Positions 1-9,095 of a DNA stretch of 64,000 bases are shown in pieces. The notes under the pieces were generated by a model. That model saw only the letters and a list, made by a program, of their open reading frames with translations, did not search any database and had not been told where the DNA came from. The first letter of the stretch is position 1, and every line of letters starts with the position of its first letter. A program made the translations under genes and the position numbers. Source of the DNA: a virus; IMG/VR virus record IMGVR_UViG_3300009503_000022, positions 46,356 to 110,355 of that record, one strand, 5' to 3'.

Positions 1-273
1 TTCTCCGATTTTACAATTTTTCCACCACATCTAATTACATTACCATCTTTATCAACAACTAATTTTTTAATTCTAAAATTTATTCTATTTTTCGTAACAT
101 ATAATTTCAAATCTTGAATAAAATTAACAAGCTCTTCATCACAATAAACTTGTATTTTCAGGATTACCATCTATTTCTATTTTCCAAATACTCATATTTA
201 CTCCTTTTAATAACAAAAAAAAGTAGAAAATTAATGGTCGCATCAATTTTCGGCTCTTTTTTCTCTTTCTGCT

Positions 274-358
274 CTTTTAAATAGTTATCTTCTCTCTACT
301 CTTTTTAATAATAATTATTTTTTCTCTATTCTTTTAATAATTATCTTCTCTCTCTACT
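274..358. repeat. three imperfect ~28-30 bp tandem repeats (cttttaata..ttatcttctctctact)
   Basis: Units at 274-300, 301-330 and 331-358, followed by an almost pure A/T run at ~394-423. Confidence 0.7.
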
Positions 359-437
359 AAATTATCTATTAGATCATGTACTTATCTTATTAGTATAATA
401 TAAATATATATATAATATATATAACGGAAGAGACGAA

Positions 438-840
438 ATCTGCGTTTTTAGCGCAACGTATTTTTTTTAAATATTCAATAACTGCATAAAAGAACTTGAA
501 TAATACGAAAAGTGAGATCTTCATTTCTCAAATTTAAGATCTGCGTTTCTAATATAACGTATTTTTTTTAAATATTCAATAACTGCATAAAAGAACTTGA
601 ATAATACGAAAAGTGAGATCTTCATTTCTCAAATTTAAGATCTGCGTTTTTTGTTACTCGCGTTGCTTCTAAAAGTTAACTGCTGTATAAAGAATTTTTA
701 TAATTTAAAAGATGTGATTTTCATTTTTCGAAGACGAGACTTGTATTTTTATTGATCAACACTACGTTTAAATGTTAATAACTGTATAAATAATTCACAT
801 AATTAAAAAAATGTAATTTTTACTTTTTAAAAGATAAAAT
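438..840. repeat. ~101-bp-period tandem repeat: two identical 94-bp copies plus two degenerate units; candidate origin/regulatory region
   Basis: 455-548 is identical to 556-649; atctgcgttt at 438, 539, 640; ctg(c/t)ataaa at ~482, 583, 684, 782. Confidence 0.85.
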
Positions 841-846
841 TCACTT

Positions 847-1524
847 TTATTCATTTGTACTACCTTTAATATCGACTATTGTATAAAGAAATTTAGATTC
901 ATATATAACTTTAGGCGTAACCCTATCACTATCTACATTAATTGCGAATTTTCTACCAACAACAGATACACATTGATCTACAAGAGAAGAACAATTCAAA
1001 GCATTTTCTTTACCTCTATAAACTTTAAATCTATCTGCTATTTGCAATCCTTTATTTCTACCAAAAATTAAACATAACAAATACATTATTGCTAATCCAA
1101 TAAATTGCTTATAATCATATTTTTGTCCAACTAATTTATAAGCTGCTTTTTGAATTTTCATTTTTTCAGAAGAACTTAATGGAACTTTAAATCTACGAAT
1201 TACAATTCTATTCTCTTCATCAAAATATTTTCTTATATCTTGTTTTTTAATACCATCAGCTAAAGCTTCTACTATTTCTCCTTCTTTACTAGTAACTATA
1301 AAACAATGAGCAACTTTACTTTTATCTCCTACCATACTTTCAAAAAATTCTATTCCATCTGAAAACAAACCTGTACCATCAATTAAACCAACGTCACCAA
1401 TATCTAAATCTTTAAAAATAATATTCCAATTAGTTCTTTTTTTAAATAACCATTTTAATAAAAATATATATTTAATTTTACTCCATAATTTATCTAACAA
1501 ATCAAAAAATTTTTCTATTATCAT
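847..1524 (-). CDS. permuted papain-like NlpC/P60 amidase (YaeF/YiiX-like)
   Basis: His before Cys: VAHCFIV...EAL...GQKYDY...LNCSSLV...TP; start moved to ATG 1524, which follows GGAGGT. Confidence 0.75.
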   Translation of the reverse strand: MIIEKFFDLLDKLWSKIKYIFLLKWLFKKRTNWNIIFKDLDIGDVGLIDGTGLFSDGIEFFESMVGDKSKVAHCFIVTSKEGEIVEALADGIKKQDIRKYFDEENRIVIRRFKVPLSSSEKMKIQKAAYKLVGQKYDYKQFIGLAIMYLLCLIFGRNKGLQIADRFKVYRGKENALNCSSLVDQCVSVVGRKFAINVDSDRVTPKVIYESKFLYTIVDIKGSTNE

Positions 1525-1525
1525 T

Positions 1526-1741
1526 TTACCTCCTACGAGTCTTCTTTTTATAATTATGATTATTTTCTCTCTTATAATTATTTTCATTAAAACCATTATT
1601 TTTAACTATAACAAGTAACGAATCTGCTTGTCTTTTAAATTCATATAAAACATTATTGTTTTTATGTCTAAAACGATCTTCTAAAAACAATACTAATAAA
1701 AGTATTATTGTTAAAATCAAAATTCCTATAATAGATATCAT
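1526..1741 (-). CDS. small single-TM membrane protein, possibly lysis-related
   Basis: Hydrophobic N-terminus and basic tail; ATGA overlap with upstream gene. Confidence 0.55.
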   Translation of the reverse strand: MISIIGILILTIILLLVLFLEDRFRHKNNNVLYEFKRQADSLLVIVKNNGFNENNYKRENNHNYKKKTRRR

Positions 1742-1914
1742 TTTTTACCCCTACCATTTCTTTCTAATATAATTTTAATAGTTGTTAAAGTAGTATTAAC
1801 TTCACTTAAAACATTTGTCATTTCTTTTAAACGTCTTTCATATCTCCATAATAAAAAAATAGCTACTGCTATTGGAAAACCTACTTGCTGTATTAAAGTA
1901 GTTAAATCTGACAT
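1738..1914 (-). CDS. YvrJ-family / holin-like membrane protein (58 aa, not in ORF track)
   Basis: Translated by hand: MSDLTTLIQQVGFPIAVAIFLLWRYERRLKEMTNVLSEVNTTLTTIKIILERNGRGKK; GFPIAVA..LL.R.E signature. Confidence 0.75.
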   Translation of the reverse strand: MSDLTTLIQQVGFPIAVAIFLLWRYERRLKEMTNVLSEVNTTLTTIKIILERNGRGKK

Positions 1915-1944
1915 ATTATTTACGCCTCTCTTTCAAATAAATTT

Positions 1945-2541
1945 TTACAATATAAACTCAGCTATTACAATAAATTTTCTAGCGCTTCCTGCTGCTTTAT
2001 AATACGTACATTTAACTTTACAACCAACGGGTATTTTCCCTGCTCCTGTTCCTTCAAACCATTGTATTGGAAGCGATCCATAAAGAGAAATTGTTTCGCC
2101 ATATTTTGTTAACATCGCACTATCATCTGCAAGCCAAATTTCGAATTCAACATAATCGCCCCATTGCGCATCAATACATATAGGTAAAACTTTATTTATA
2201 TAAACATCAACATCAAAAACCCATTCACAACTTTTTTGTGTTTCTTCAGAAGTCATTTCAATTGTTCTACCAATAAATTTTGATTGACCTACTGTATTAG
2301 TATAAATAAGTGGTTGATTAGCAATTGGTTTGTAATTTGTTTCAAAATCATCTTTATTAGCTTGTTCTACTTCAGGATCTGATGCTAAATTAACATCTTT
2401 ATAAATAGAAGTATTATACTTTACTGTATTATCAATTGCAAAAATATTATATTGTTTTGCATTTTCTGTATATTGCCATAACAATTTTTTACTATTAACT
2501 ACATCTTTAAAATATGTATAATTCAAATCTATTTCAAACAT
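1945..2541 (-). CDS. hypothetical virion-associated protein
   Basis: Tightly packed ORF with RBS; beta-rich C-terminus. Confidence 0.5.
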   Translation of the reverse strand: MFEIDLNYTYFKDVVNSKKLLWQYTENAKQYNIFAIDNTVKYNTSIYKDVNLASDPEVEQANKDDFETNYKPIANQPLIYTNTVGQSKFIGRTIEMTSEETQKSCEWVFDVDVYINKVLPICIDAQWGDYVEFEIWLADDSAMLTKYGETISLYGSLPIQWFEGTGAGKIPVGCKVKCTYYKAAGSARKFIVIAEFIL

Positions 2542-2542
2542 T

Positions 2543-3565
2543 TTAAATAGTTACCTCCCTACCATTTAAACCAACTTCATAATTTTTATCTCCTGTATCT
2601 AAATTAGTTACATAAAAATTAATGAGACTATTAGCATTAACAGGTACGCTCGTAGGAAATAAATGTTGATGAGGAAAATAAGCATCACTATAAAAAAAAT
2701 CTATTATCGAACTCGTACCTGCAACAATACCTTGCAAATTATCAATTTTAATATCAACATTTTTCTTTAAATCAACATTTTCTAATATTTTAATTTCTAT
2801 CTTAGAAATTGCTGTTCTATCAAAAGTTGTTATTTCATTCAAATTAAAAATTAATGTTGTCCAAGATGACGGATTAATATTAACATCTGTAAATTGATAA
2901 GAATTTGCGCCTTGAGTAAGTTTAATAGCAATAGATACATTAGGATTTAACGGATCACCTTTTGCGTCTATTTTAAGTAAATCATAGCTAGACCAATCTA
3001 CTGTTGGAGAATAAATTTTTGTTATTACAGCATCTGTCTGAATACCTTTATCTTGAAACTTACAAGTTAATTTAAACGAATAAGAACCTTGAGTATGATC
3101 TGTATCTAAATTCCAAGACGTAATTCTAGCAGATTTAGACCATCCTGTTAAACTTTCAAAATCTTCTAATAATGTCTGAACTTCTTCAGAATCATTATAA
3201 GTTTCTAATTCATAAAATCCTTTACCTGTACCTGAACCATCCCAAGCTGTCAAATACCATTTTTTACCAGCAGGAACTCTAATTTGATAAACTAACGCTC
3301 TTGTTCCTGCTGTTACTATTGTATTCTTTTTTGGTTTACTTTCAGTTACATCAGAAATATCACTAAATTGCACTGGATTAGCAATTGTAATCTGTCCACC
3401 TAACGTAGTTAAAATATCTTCTAAAATTAGTTTATTTTTAATATCGTGAGTTAATAATTCTTTATCACTAGATACATCTGCACTATAATATTCTCCAGTT
3501 TGTGGATCTATAGTTTTTCCTTTAAGTCTTACATCTATGTCACCTTTTTCTTCTATATCTGCCAT
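2543..3565 (-). CDS. putative structural protein with carbohydrate-binding (CBM-like) insert
   Basis: LLEDFES..GW...QGSYSFKL...DWSSYD.LKID.KG...IDNL resembles a galactose-binding-like fold. Confidence 0.55.
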   Translation of the reverse strand: MADIEEKGDIDVRLKGKTIDPQTGEYYSADVSSDKELLTHDIKNKLILEDILTTLGGQITIANPVQFSDISDVTESKPKKNTIVTAGTRALVYQIRVPAGKKWYLTAWDGSGTGKGFYELETYNDSEEVQTLLEDFESLTGWSKSARITSWNLDTDHTQGSYSFKLTCKFQDKGIQTDAVITKIYSPTVDWSSYDLLKIDAKGDPLNPNVSIAIKLTQGANSYQFTDVNINPSSWTTLIFNLNEITTFDRTAISKIEIKILENVDLKKNVDIKIDNLQGIVAGTSSIIDFFYSDAYFPHQHLFPTSVPVNANSLINFYVTNLDTGDKNYEVGLNGREVTI

Positions 3566-3566
3566 T

Positions 3567-3788
3567 TCACTTCCTCGCTTTTAATAATTCTTTAATTGCT
3601 TTTAATTCATTTAATATCTGCAACGATATGTTACGATGATTTTCCATAAGTTTAATCATTACTAACTCTATATTACCTCTTATTACTTCTACTCTATTTT
3701 CATCTTTATTTTCTGTTTGCTTAACAGATTGCGTTTGTTCATTTTCAGAAACAATTTTTCCTTTCTTATTTTTTATCAAATCAGTCAT
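3567..3788 (-). CDS. hypothetical protein
   Basis: ORF with GGAGG RBS. Confidence 0.55.
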   Translation of the reverse strand: MTDLIKNKKGKIVSENEQTQSVKQTENKDENRVEVIRGNIELVMIKLMENHRNISLQILNELKAIKELLKARK

Positions 3789-3832
3789 ATTTATCCTCCA
3801 TTTTTAAATTCTCTTAAATTTAATAATTTTTA

Positions 3833-4768
3833 TTATACTTCACTACCCATAATAGTAGAATAAACATCTTGCGATTGACCTTCTCTATTTTTTCTTATAA
3901 TTCTAATTTGTTCTGACCCACCTGCTTCAGTAATTTCTATAGGAGGATCGAATTCAAATATACAATTTGGATTTGCCATAGTTGTAAATTGAACTGCTTT
4001 AGTTACAAGACTTGACTCAGGTCCAACTTGAACTTCCCATTTACCAGCACCAGAAGCTGAACATATAATTCTAGTTAACAAAAATGTTTTACCTGATGTT
4101 ACAAGACGAATATGATTACTTGTAGATCCCCCTGGAACATTAACAGCAGTATTATAATCACTTACTTCTGTTCCAGATACGTGTTTAACTACATATACAT
4201 AAATAGGATTTGTTTCACTATTAGGATTAGAATCTTTAGAAATTTTAATTGCCGATAAACTTTGCTCTGCAATATCTACTTTTGCAGATCCACTACTAGT
4301 TATTTCTAATCTATTAGCATCATTTGAACCCGTCATTCTAACAAGTATTTTTCTATCAAGCGTCATTCTAGGAATACCAATATCGCCTTCATTAACACTA
4401 TCAGGAGTAGTTTCATCGGCTAAAAATCCTATCGCATTTAATGTATCTGTTTCAATAGTAAATGCACTATCGTCTTTATAAGATTTTAAAGAAATTTGTA
4501 ATCTACCATTTTCGTCTGTCAATAATGGAGTTGCATCTCCATCCGAATATGTTGTTGGATTTGCTTCATATTTACCTGCAATAGCCAATGCAGTTGGAGT
4601 TGCTCCATAAGCACTATTTATTACTACAAAATCTAATGCATTAGTTTCATCTGTTATTTCAACATATATCGGATTATTTAAAGCATTTGCATTTAAATCT
4701 TTTGAAATCTTTACAGAATTCCCTTCGGATATACTATGTATTGGTAACGAAGCATTTTGATCTGCCAT
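3833..4768 (-). CDS. putative virion structural protein
   Basis: Internal repeat (KISKD.N.N...NPIYV x2); beta-rich C-terminal domain. Confidence 0.55.
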   Translation of the reverse strand: MADQNASLPIHSISEGNSVKISKDLNANALNNPIYVEITDETNALDFVVINSAYGATPTALAIAGKYEANPTTYSDGDATPLLTDENGRLQISLKSYKDDSAFTIETDTLNAIGFLADETTPDSVNEGDIGIPRMTLDRKILVRMTGSNDANRLEITSSGSAKVDIAEQSLSAIKISKDSNPNSETNPIYVYVVKHVSGTEVSDYNTAVNVPGGSTSNHIRLVTSGKTFLLTRIICSASGAGKWEVQVGPESSLVTKAVQFTTMANPNCIFEFDPPIEITEAGGSEQIRIIRKNREGQSQDVYSTIMGSEV

Positions 4769-4785
4769 ATTTTAACCCTCCCTTT

Positions 4786-4983
4786 TTAAGCCTTAAGTGA
4801 ATTTATCTCTTCTAAAGATTTCTTCAAACTTTCAATTTCATTATTGATTTTTATTTTTTCATCTTCTATTTCTAATATTCTTAACTCTAATTGTTGTATT
4901 CTTAACAATATTCTACTTTTTTCAACTTCTTTTCTTTTCTCTAATATTTTCATACTCGTCTCCTTATCTCCTATATCTGCCAT
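4786..4983 (-). CDS. small coiled-coil protein
   Basis: Heptad L/I pattern; GGAGG RBS. Confidence 0.6.
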   Translation of the reverse strand: MADIGDKETSMKILEKRKEVEKSRILLRIQQLELRILEIEDEKIKINNEIESLKKSLEEINSLKA

Positions 4984-4999
4984 TTTTTAATTACCTCCT

Positions 5000-5899
5000 T
5001 TATCTGCTACCAAGAATAGTAGCATAAAAACTTCTATTTCCCGGAGCATAATGTTTAACTTTAACTTCTACTGTATCACCTGTATTTATTATCAATGGTT
5101 TATAAAAATTATGTTCTATATTCATATTTGCGGCCGTAGATCTTTTACCAATAACTATATTATTATTAATATAAAGAAAATATTCACAAGCAAAAGTTCC
5201 TGTTCCTACTATTGAATCTAAATAAAATAATGACCCTGTATTAATATAACTTACAACAGTCGTCAATGTATTAGGTGCTACAGATAATGCTTCATCATAT
5301 ACTATTACATTCTGACTTGGTCTATCTTTTACACTTATTGTTTTAGTATTTAGTAAATCATATATACTATCTAAAATACTTTGTGAAACAGTATCTGGAT
5401 AATCTCCAGGAAAATTACTTACTGCTATACTACTAATCCAATTCTGTATTGATACTTTTATACTATCATTTAATTTATTTAAAATCGCGTCTAAAGTTTC
5501 TTCAGTTGCTGGATTTATCTGAATTCCATTTCTGTTCTTTAATGCACATAAACAAAGTAAATGATATTTACTATTTATTTGTTGTAAATTTAATAATCTA
5601 TTTTTACCAGTTTCATCTACTCCTAAAATATAAATACCTGCAGGATAAGGTTCTACTAAATCAGAATCTAATACAATATCTAATTTAATATTCGAATCGT
5701 CGTTATCTTCTAACTTTACAGCACCAATATTTATTTGACCTGCTTCTACAGTTGCTGATATATCTAAAGACCAAGATCCATCTGAATTTTTCTTACATTT
5801 TAACGGAATTATTTCTTTCGTACCATCTTCTTTAAGTACGTATGTCGTCAAAACAACTGGATACTGATCTGGAAAATTTTGTATTTGAGCATCTGGCAT
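5000..5899 (-). CDS. putative virion structural protein
   Basis: INPATEETL motif typical of phage fibre/appendage proteins; C-terminal domain resembles that of 3833-4768. Confidence 0.55.
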   Translation of the reverse strand: MPDAQIQNFPDQYPVVLTTYVLKEDGTKEIIPLKCKKNSDGSWSLDISATVEAGQINIGAVKLEDNDDSNIKLDIVLDSDLVEPYPAGIYILGVDETGKNRLLNLQQINSKYHLLCLCALKNRNGIQINPATEETLDAILNKLNDSIKVSIQNWISSIAVSNFPGDYPDTVSQSILDSIYDLLNTKTISVKDRPSQNVIVYDEALSVAPNTLTTVVSYINTGSLFYLDSIVGTGTFACEYFLYINNNIVIGKRSTAANMNIEHNFYKPLIINTGDTVEVKVKHYAPGNRSFYATILGSR

Positions 5900-5911
5900 T
5901 TAAATTCTCCT

Positions 5912-6583
5912 TTAAAATAATTCATAAATCGAAATTCCTAAACTTAAACCTAATCTATTTATAAAAGTTTTATCGGATAATAAATTATACGAAACTCCTG
6001 TATCTATTGAAATATTTTCTATTAAATTTAATTTCAATCCTAATTCTATATCTTGTGCTACAAAACCTTCAAATGGTAATAAAGTTGTATAAATATATCC
6101 TCCAAATAATTTATGCCCTTTAATTGTTTTAATATCTTTTTCTTTAGTAATTGTTGTATCATCTTCTTTTTTTGTTTCATCTCTTTTATCAGTAATAATA
6201 GTAGTAGAAACTGATGTCGTATTGGTTTTTGTAGCAATATCAGTTTTTATAACTGTCTTATCGTCAGCAGTTTTCTTTATTTCTTCTTTTATTAGTTTAC
6301 CTGTTATTGCGTCGTATGTTTTAATAATATCTTCTTTTGTTGATATATTTTTAAGAACATCTTGTTGTTTAGCTATTTCTTTCTTTAACTCTATTTTTGT
6401 ATTTGTCAGTTCCGTTTTAATTTGACTTATTTTATCATAAAAAGATTTAACAATTTTAGTATCTAATGTTTTTATTTCTTTTACTTCAGGTTGTTTAAAT
6501 AAAGCAAAAATCATAACAATAGTAACTATTAATGCATAAATTATTCCATATTTTATCCAAAATTCTTTTAATTTTTCAATCAT
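5912..6583 (-). CDS. spanin-like membrane protein
   Basis: N-terminal TM, coiled-coil and Thr-rich linker, amphipathic beta-strands ending in Phe; near the putative lysin. Confidence 0.5.
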   Translation of the reverse strand: MIEKLKEFWIKYGIIYALIVTIVMIFALFKQPEVKEIKTLDTKIVKSFYDKISQIKTELTNTKIELKKEIAKQQDVLKNISTKEDIIKTYDAITGKLIKEEIKKTADDKTVIKTDIATKTNTTSVSTTIITDKRDETKKEDDTTITKEKDIKTIKGHKLFGGYIYTTLLPFEGFVAQDIELGLKLNLIENISIDTGVSYNLLSDKTFINRLGLSLGISIYELF

Positions 6584-6587
6584 AAAT

Positions 6588-6719
6588 TCATCCTCCTTTT
6601 TTTTGAATTCTTAAAATTTTACCATTAATCATTTTTAAACCTTCAAAAGGTCTAATTGTTAAATGAACTTCCTTTTGTTTTTTATTATTATCTTTTACTT
6701 CTTGTTTTTCTTTTATCAT
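6588..6719 (-). CDS. small hypothetical protein (43 aa, not in track)
   Basis: MIKEKQEVKDNNKKQKEVHLTIRPFEGLKMINGKILRIQKKGG fills the gap between neighbours. Confidence 0.35.
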   Translation of the reverse strand: MIKEKQEVKDNNKKQKEVHLTIRPFEGLKMINGKILRIQKKGG

Positions 6720-7615
6720 ATCATTAATTCCTCTGGAAAAAATTGTTTAAAACAATTATAAAGAGCTTCTTGAGCTTTAATATGAGGCGTATAACGATAC
6801 GCTGCCCAAGTAATAGCATTCTCTGGAATTATTACTTCTCCTTCTAAAGTAGTAATTGAAGTACCTGATTTCCATTCATTAAATCTATTATTTAAAGTCT
6901 GACAACAACCTACTATTTGATTCCTAAGACCATTAAATTTCGGAATAATAGTACCATCGTCATAATAACCAACACCACAAGCGCCATCTAAAGGATATTT
7001 AACTCTAATAGATTTATAAAATTTAACTTCATCAACACTTTTTTTAGTTAATAAACTCTGTTCCTTTTGAAGTTTAACTAAAATTATTTTTTGATTAATA
7101 TTTAAAGATTTACAAGTTTCGTTTATAATATCAGATACAGTAAAAAAGAACGTTTCGAGACTTTTATAATAATCTTCTACATTCTGACCAACTGTTTTAC
7201 CATAAAGACTTGGCTTATCCCATAATTCTTTTAAAACATCATTTAAAGATTTACCAACAAAAGAATCACTCCAATATTGTTCTATAAATTCAGTAATACG
7301 ATAAGAATTAAATTTATAATCGTAAAGAAAACAACCTATCTGTTTTAAATAAGTTTTAACATCAAAATTATCTAAATAACCTCTTAAACAAGAATCTGGC
7401 AATATTTTGGTTTTAGAAAATTGAAACATTTTTAACTTTTCTCCTTCTATATCTTTATCATTTTTAATCTGATTATTTTCAGATAAAATTTGTATATTAT
7501 CTAATTGCTTTTCCGATGTTTTAAATAATATTTTAATTATTGTATTAATAAATTCAATTATAAATTTCATTAAATTATTCCTTTTTATAATTCTGCATCT
7601 ACTGCATAATTCCAA
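6716..7615 (-). CDS. putative endolysin (lysozyme-like fold); true start probably 7570
   Basis: IN.KIILVKLQKEQSL...G.G.....F.G..NQI...PEN..T.A.Y.YTPH pattern of lysozyme-superfamily hydrolases. Confidence 0.55.
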   Translation of the reverse strand: MELCSRCRIIKRNNLMKFIIEFINTIIKILFKTSEKQLDNIQILSENNQIKNDKDIEGEKLKMFQFSKTKILPDSCLRGYLDNFDVKTYLKQIGCFLYDYKFNSYRITEFIEQYWSDSFVGKSLNDVLKELWDKPSLYGKTVGQNVEDYYKSLETFFFTVSDIINETCKSLNINQKIILVKLQKEQSLLTKKSVDEVKFYKSIRVKYPLDGACGVGYYDDGTIIPKFNGLRNQIVGCCQTLNNRFNEWKSGTSITTLEGEVIIPENAITWAAYRYTPHIKAQEALYNCFKQFFPEELMI

Positions 7616-8655
7616 GAACCATTATATGCTCCTGTATTAGTACCATCACAAGTTATCTCACCTGTTATCCCATATTCTGTTGAACTAACTATAGCCGTTA
7701 TAGATGTTCCCCAAGTTATTGGTCCTACACCAATCTTATTACCACCTGTATAAGATAAAAGAGATACAGTAGGATTTGAAAGTCTCTTCGGAATTTTATA
7801 ACTAAGCGTAAAAGGGGCAGTAGTTGCTGCTATTATTTTAGAAGAAGTTACTCCACAATATCCTCTTTCATAATATCTATAACACAAAGTCAATTCTTCT
7901 CCAAAACTTCTTGGAATAAATGTTGCTGCCGTATCTCCTGCATTTAATACAACTTGAGCTATCATAATATTATTACCAGTAGAACCTGGTCTATATGTTT
8001 CTACTACTGTATCTCCTACATAAGTTGCCCAAGTTGTATCCCACATATAATAAAATTTTAAACCTAAAAAATCATTATTATCTGTTCCAAAAGTTTTACC
8101 AACAAGAGTATTTGTAGTAAAAGTATGAGAATATCTTACCCAATTTGAAGTTAAAACAAAATACCTTCCATTAATTATTTCTGAAGGACTTGGAGAACCT
8201 CCAGTTCCATAATATTGTTCAAGACATATACCAAGTTTTTTGTTAGGTATATCTGATTTAGCATAAAAACTTACGGTTACTTTTTTATTTGTCCCGCATA
8301 GCATTCTTGTCCCAAATTCTATTCTTTGATCTAAACTACCTCTACCATCAGATCCAACTGTTCCAGGACCACTTGTATATAAATTAGTGTAATAAAAACT
8401 ATTTGGTATTTCTCCTGGAGACAATGATTGTCTACTACGCACTAAAATTGGTAAAGAACCTCCTGTTCCTGCATTATGATAATCAAACCATCTATCTGCA
8501 CAATATTGAAAAGTTGCATTTACTATATTTACAGATGTGCCTCTTTGCCAAATATCAAAATTACTATTTATTAAAAAATTTTGTTGCGGTAAATTAGATC
8601 CACCAACTGGATTTCCAACATTATCTTGAAATAAAAGATTTCCTGGAATTCTCAT
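7585..8655 (-). CDS. tail fibre / receptor-binding protein
   Basis: NFLINSNFDIWQRG...ADRW...EELTLCYRYY phage fibre signature. Confidence 0.75.
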   Translation of the reverse strand: MRIPGNLLFQDNVGNPVGGSNLPQQNFLINSNFDIWQRGTSVNIVNATFQYCADRWFDYHNAGTGGSLPILVRSRQSLSPGEIPNSFYYTNLYTSGPGTVGSDGRGSLDQRIEFGTRMLCGTNKKVTVSFYAKSDIPNKKLGICLEQYYGTGGSPSPSEIINGRYFVLTSNWVRYSHTFTTNTLVGKTFGTDNNDFLGLKFYYMWDTTWATYVGDTVVETYRPGSTGNNIMIAQVVLNAGDTAATFIPRSFGEELTLCYRYYERGYCGVTSSKIIAATTAPFTLSYKIPKRLSNPTVSLLSYTGGNKIGVGPITWGTSITAIVSSTEYGITGEITCDGTNTGAYNGSWNYAVDAEL

Positions 8656-8666
8656 TATTCTACCTC

Positions 8667-9095
8667 CTACAAATTATTGTATTCTTCTATTTTAGCATTT
8701 CTTAAAGCAATCAATTCATCTCTTTTAGCAATTATATCGGCTGTATTTATAGTTGTATAAGTTAATAAATCTGCACAGGCATTAATTTGTTTTTGTAATT
8801 CTATAATAAAATCTCTTAATTTTATTTTATTTATAGCATTTATTTCTGGTTGTAATTCTTCTTGAGTTCTTTCTGTTATTTGACCATTTGACCATTTATA
8901 TTTAAATACTCCAGGATACCCTGTAACATAAATTGGAATTGAATAATTATCTTCATCAGCTTCACCAACTTGTATATCGCCTTCAATCGGCTGTTCTGTA
9001 GCATCACTAAAAGAATAAACTATCCTATTTTGTGCATCTATTCTTATATATCTTTTATGTAAAGCCATTTTTATTCCTCCCTTATAAATAAGCAC
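8667..9095 (-). CDS. tail fibre assembly chaperone-like protein (paralog of 10542-10940); true start probably 9068
   Basis: YIRID...FSDA.EQPIEGD...YKW...ERTQEE.QPEINA shared with 10542-10940. Confidence 0.65.
   Translation of the reverse strand: MLIYKGGIKMALHKRYIRIDAQNRIVYSFSDATEQPIEGDIQVGEADEDNYSIPIYVTGYPGVFKYKWSNGQITERTQEELQPEINAINKIKLRDFIIELQKQINACADLLTYTTINTADIIAKRDELIALRNAKIEEYNNL

Noticed and set aside
438-649. CRISPR array
   Set aside because: Repeats are 94 bp with only 7 differing bases between them; no spacer-sized unique segments and no cas genes.
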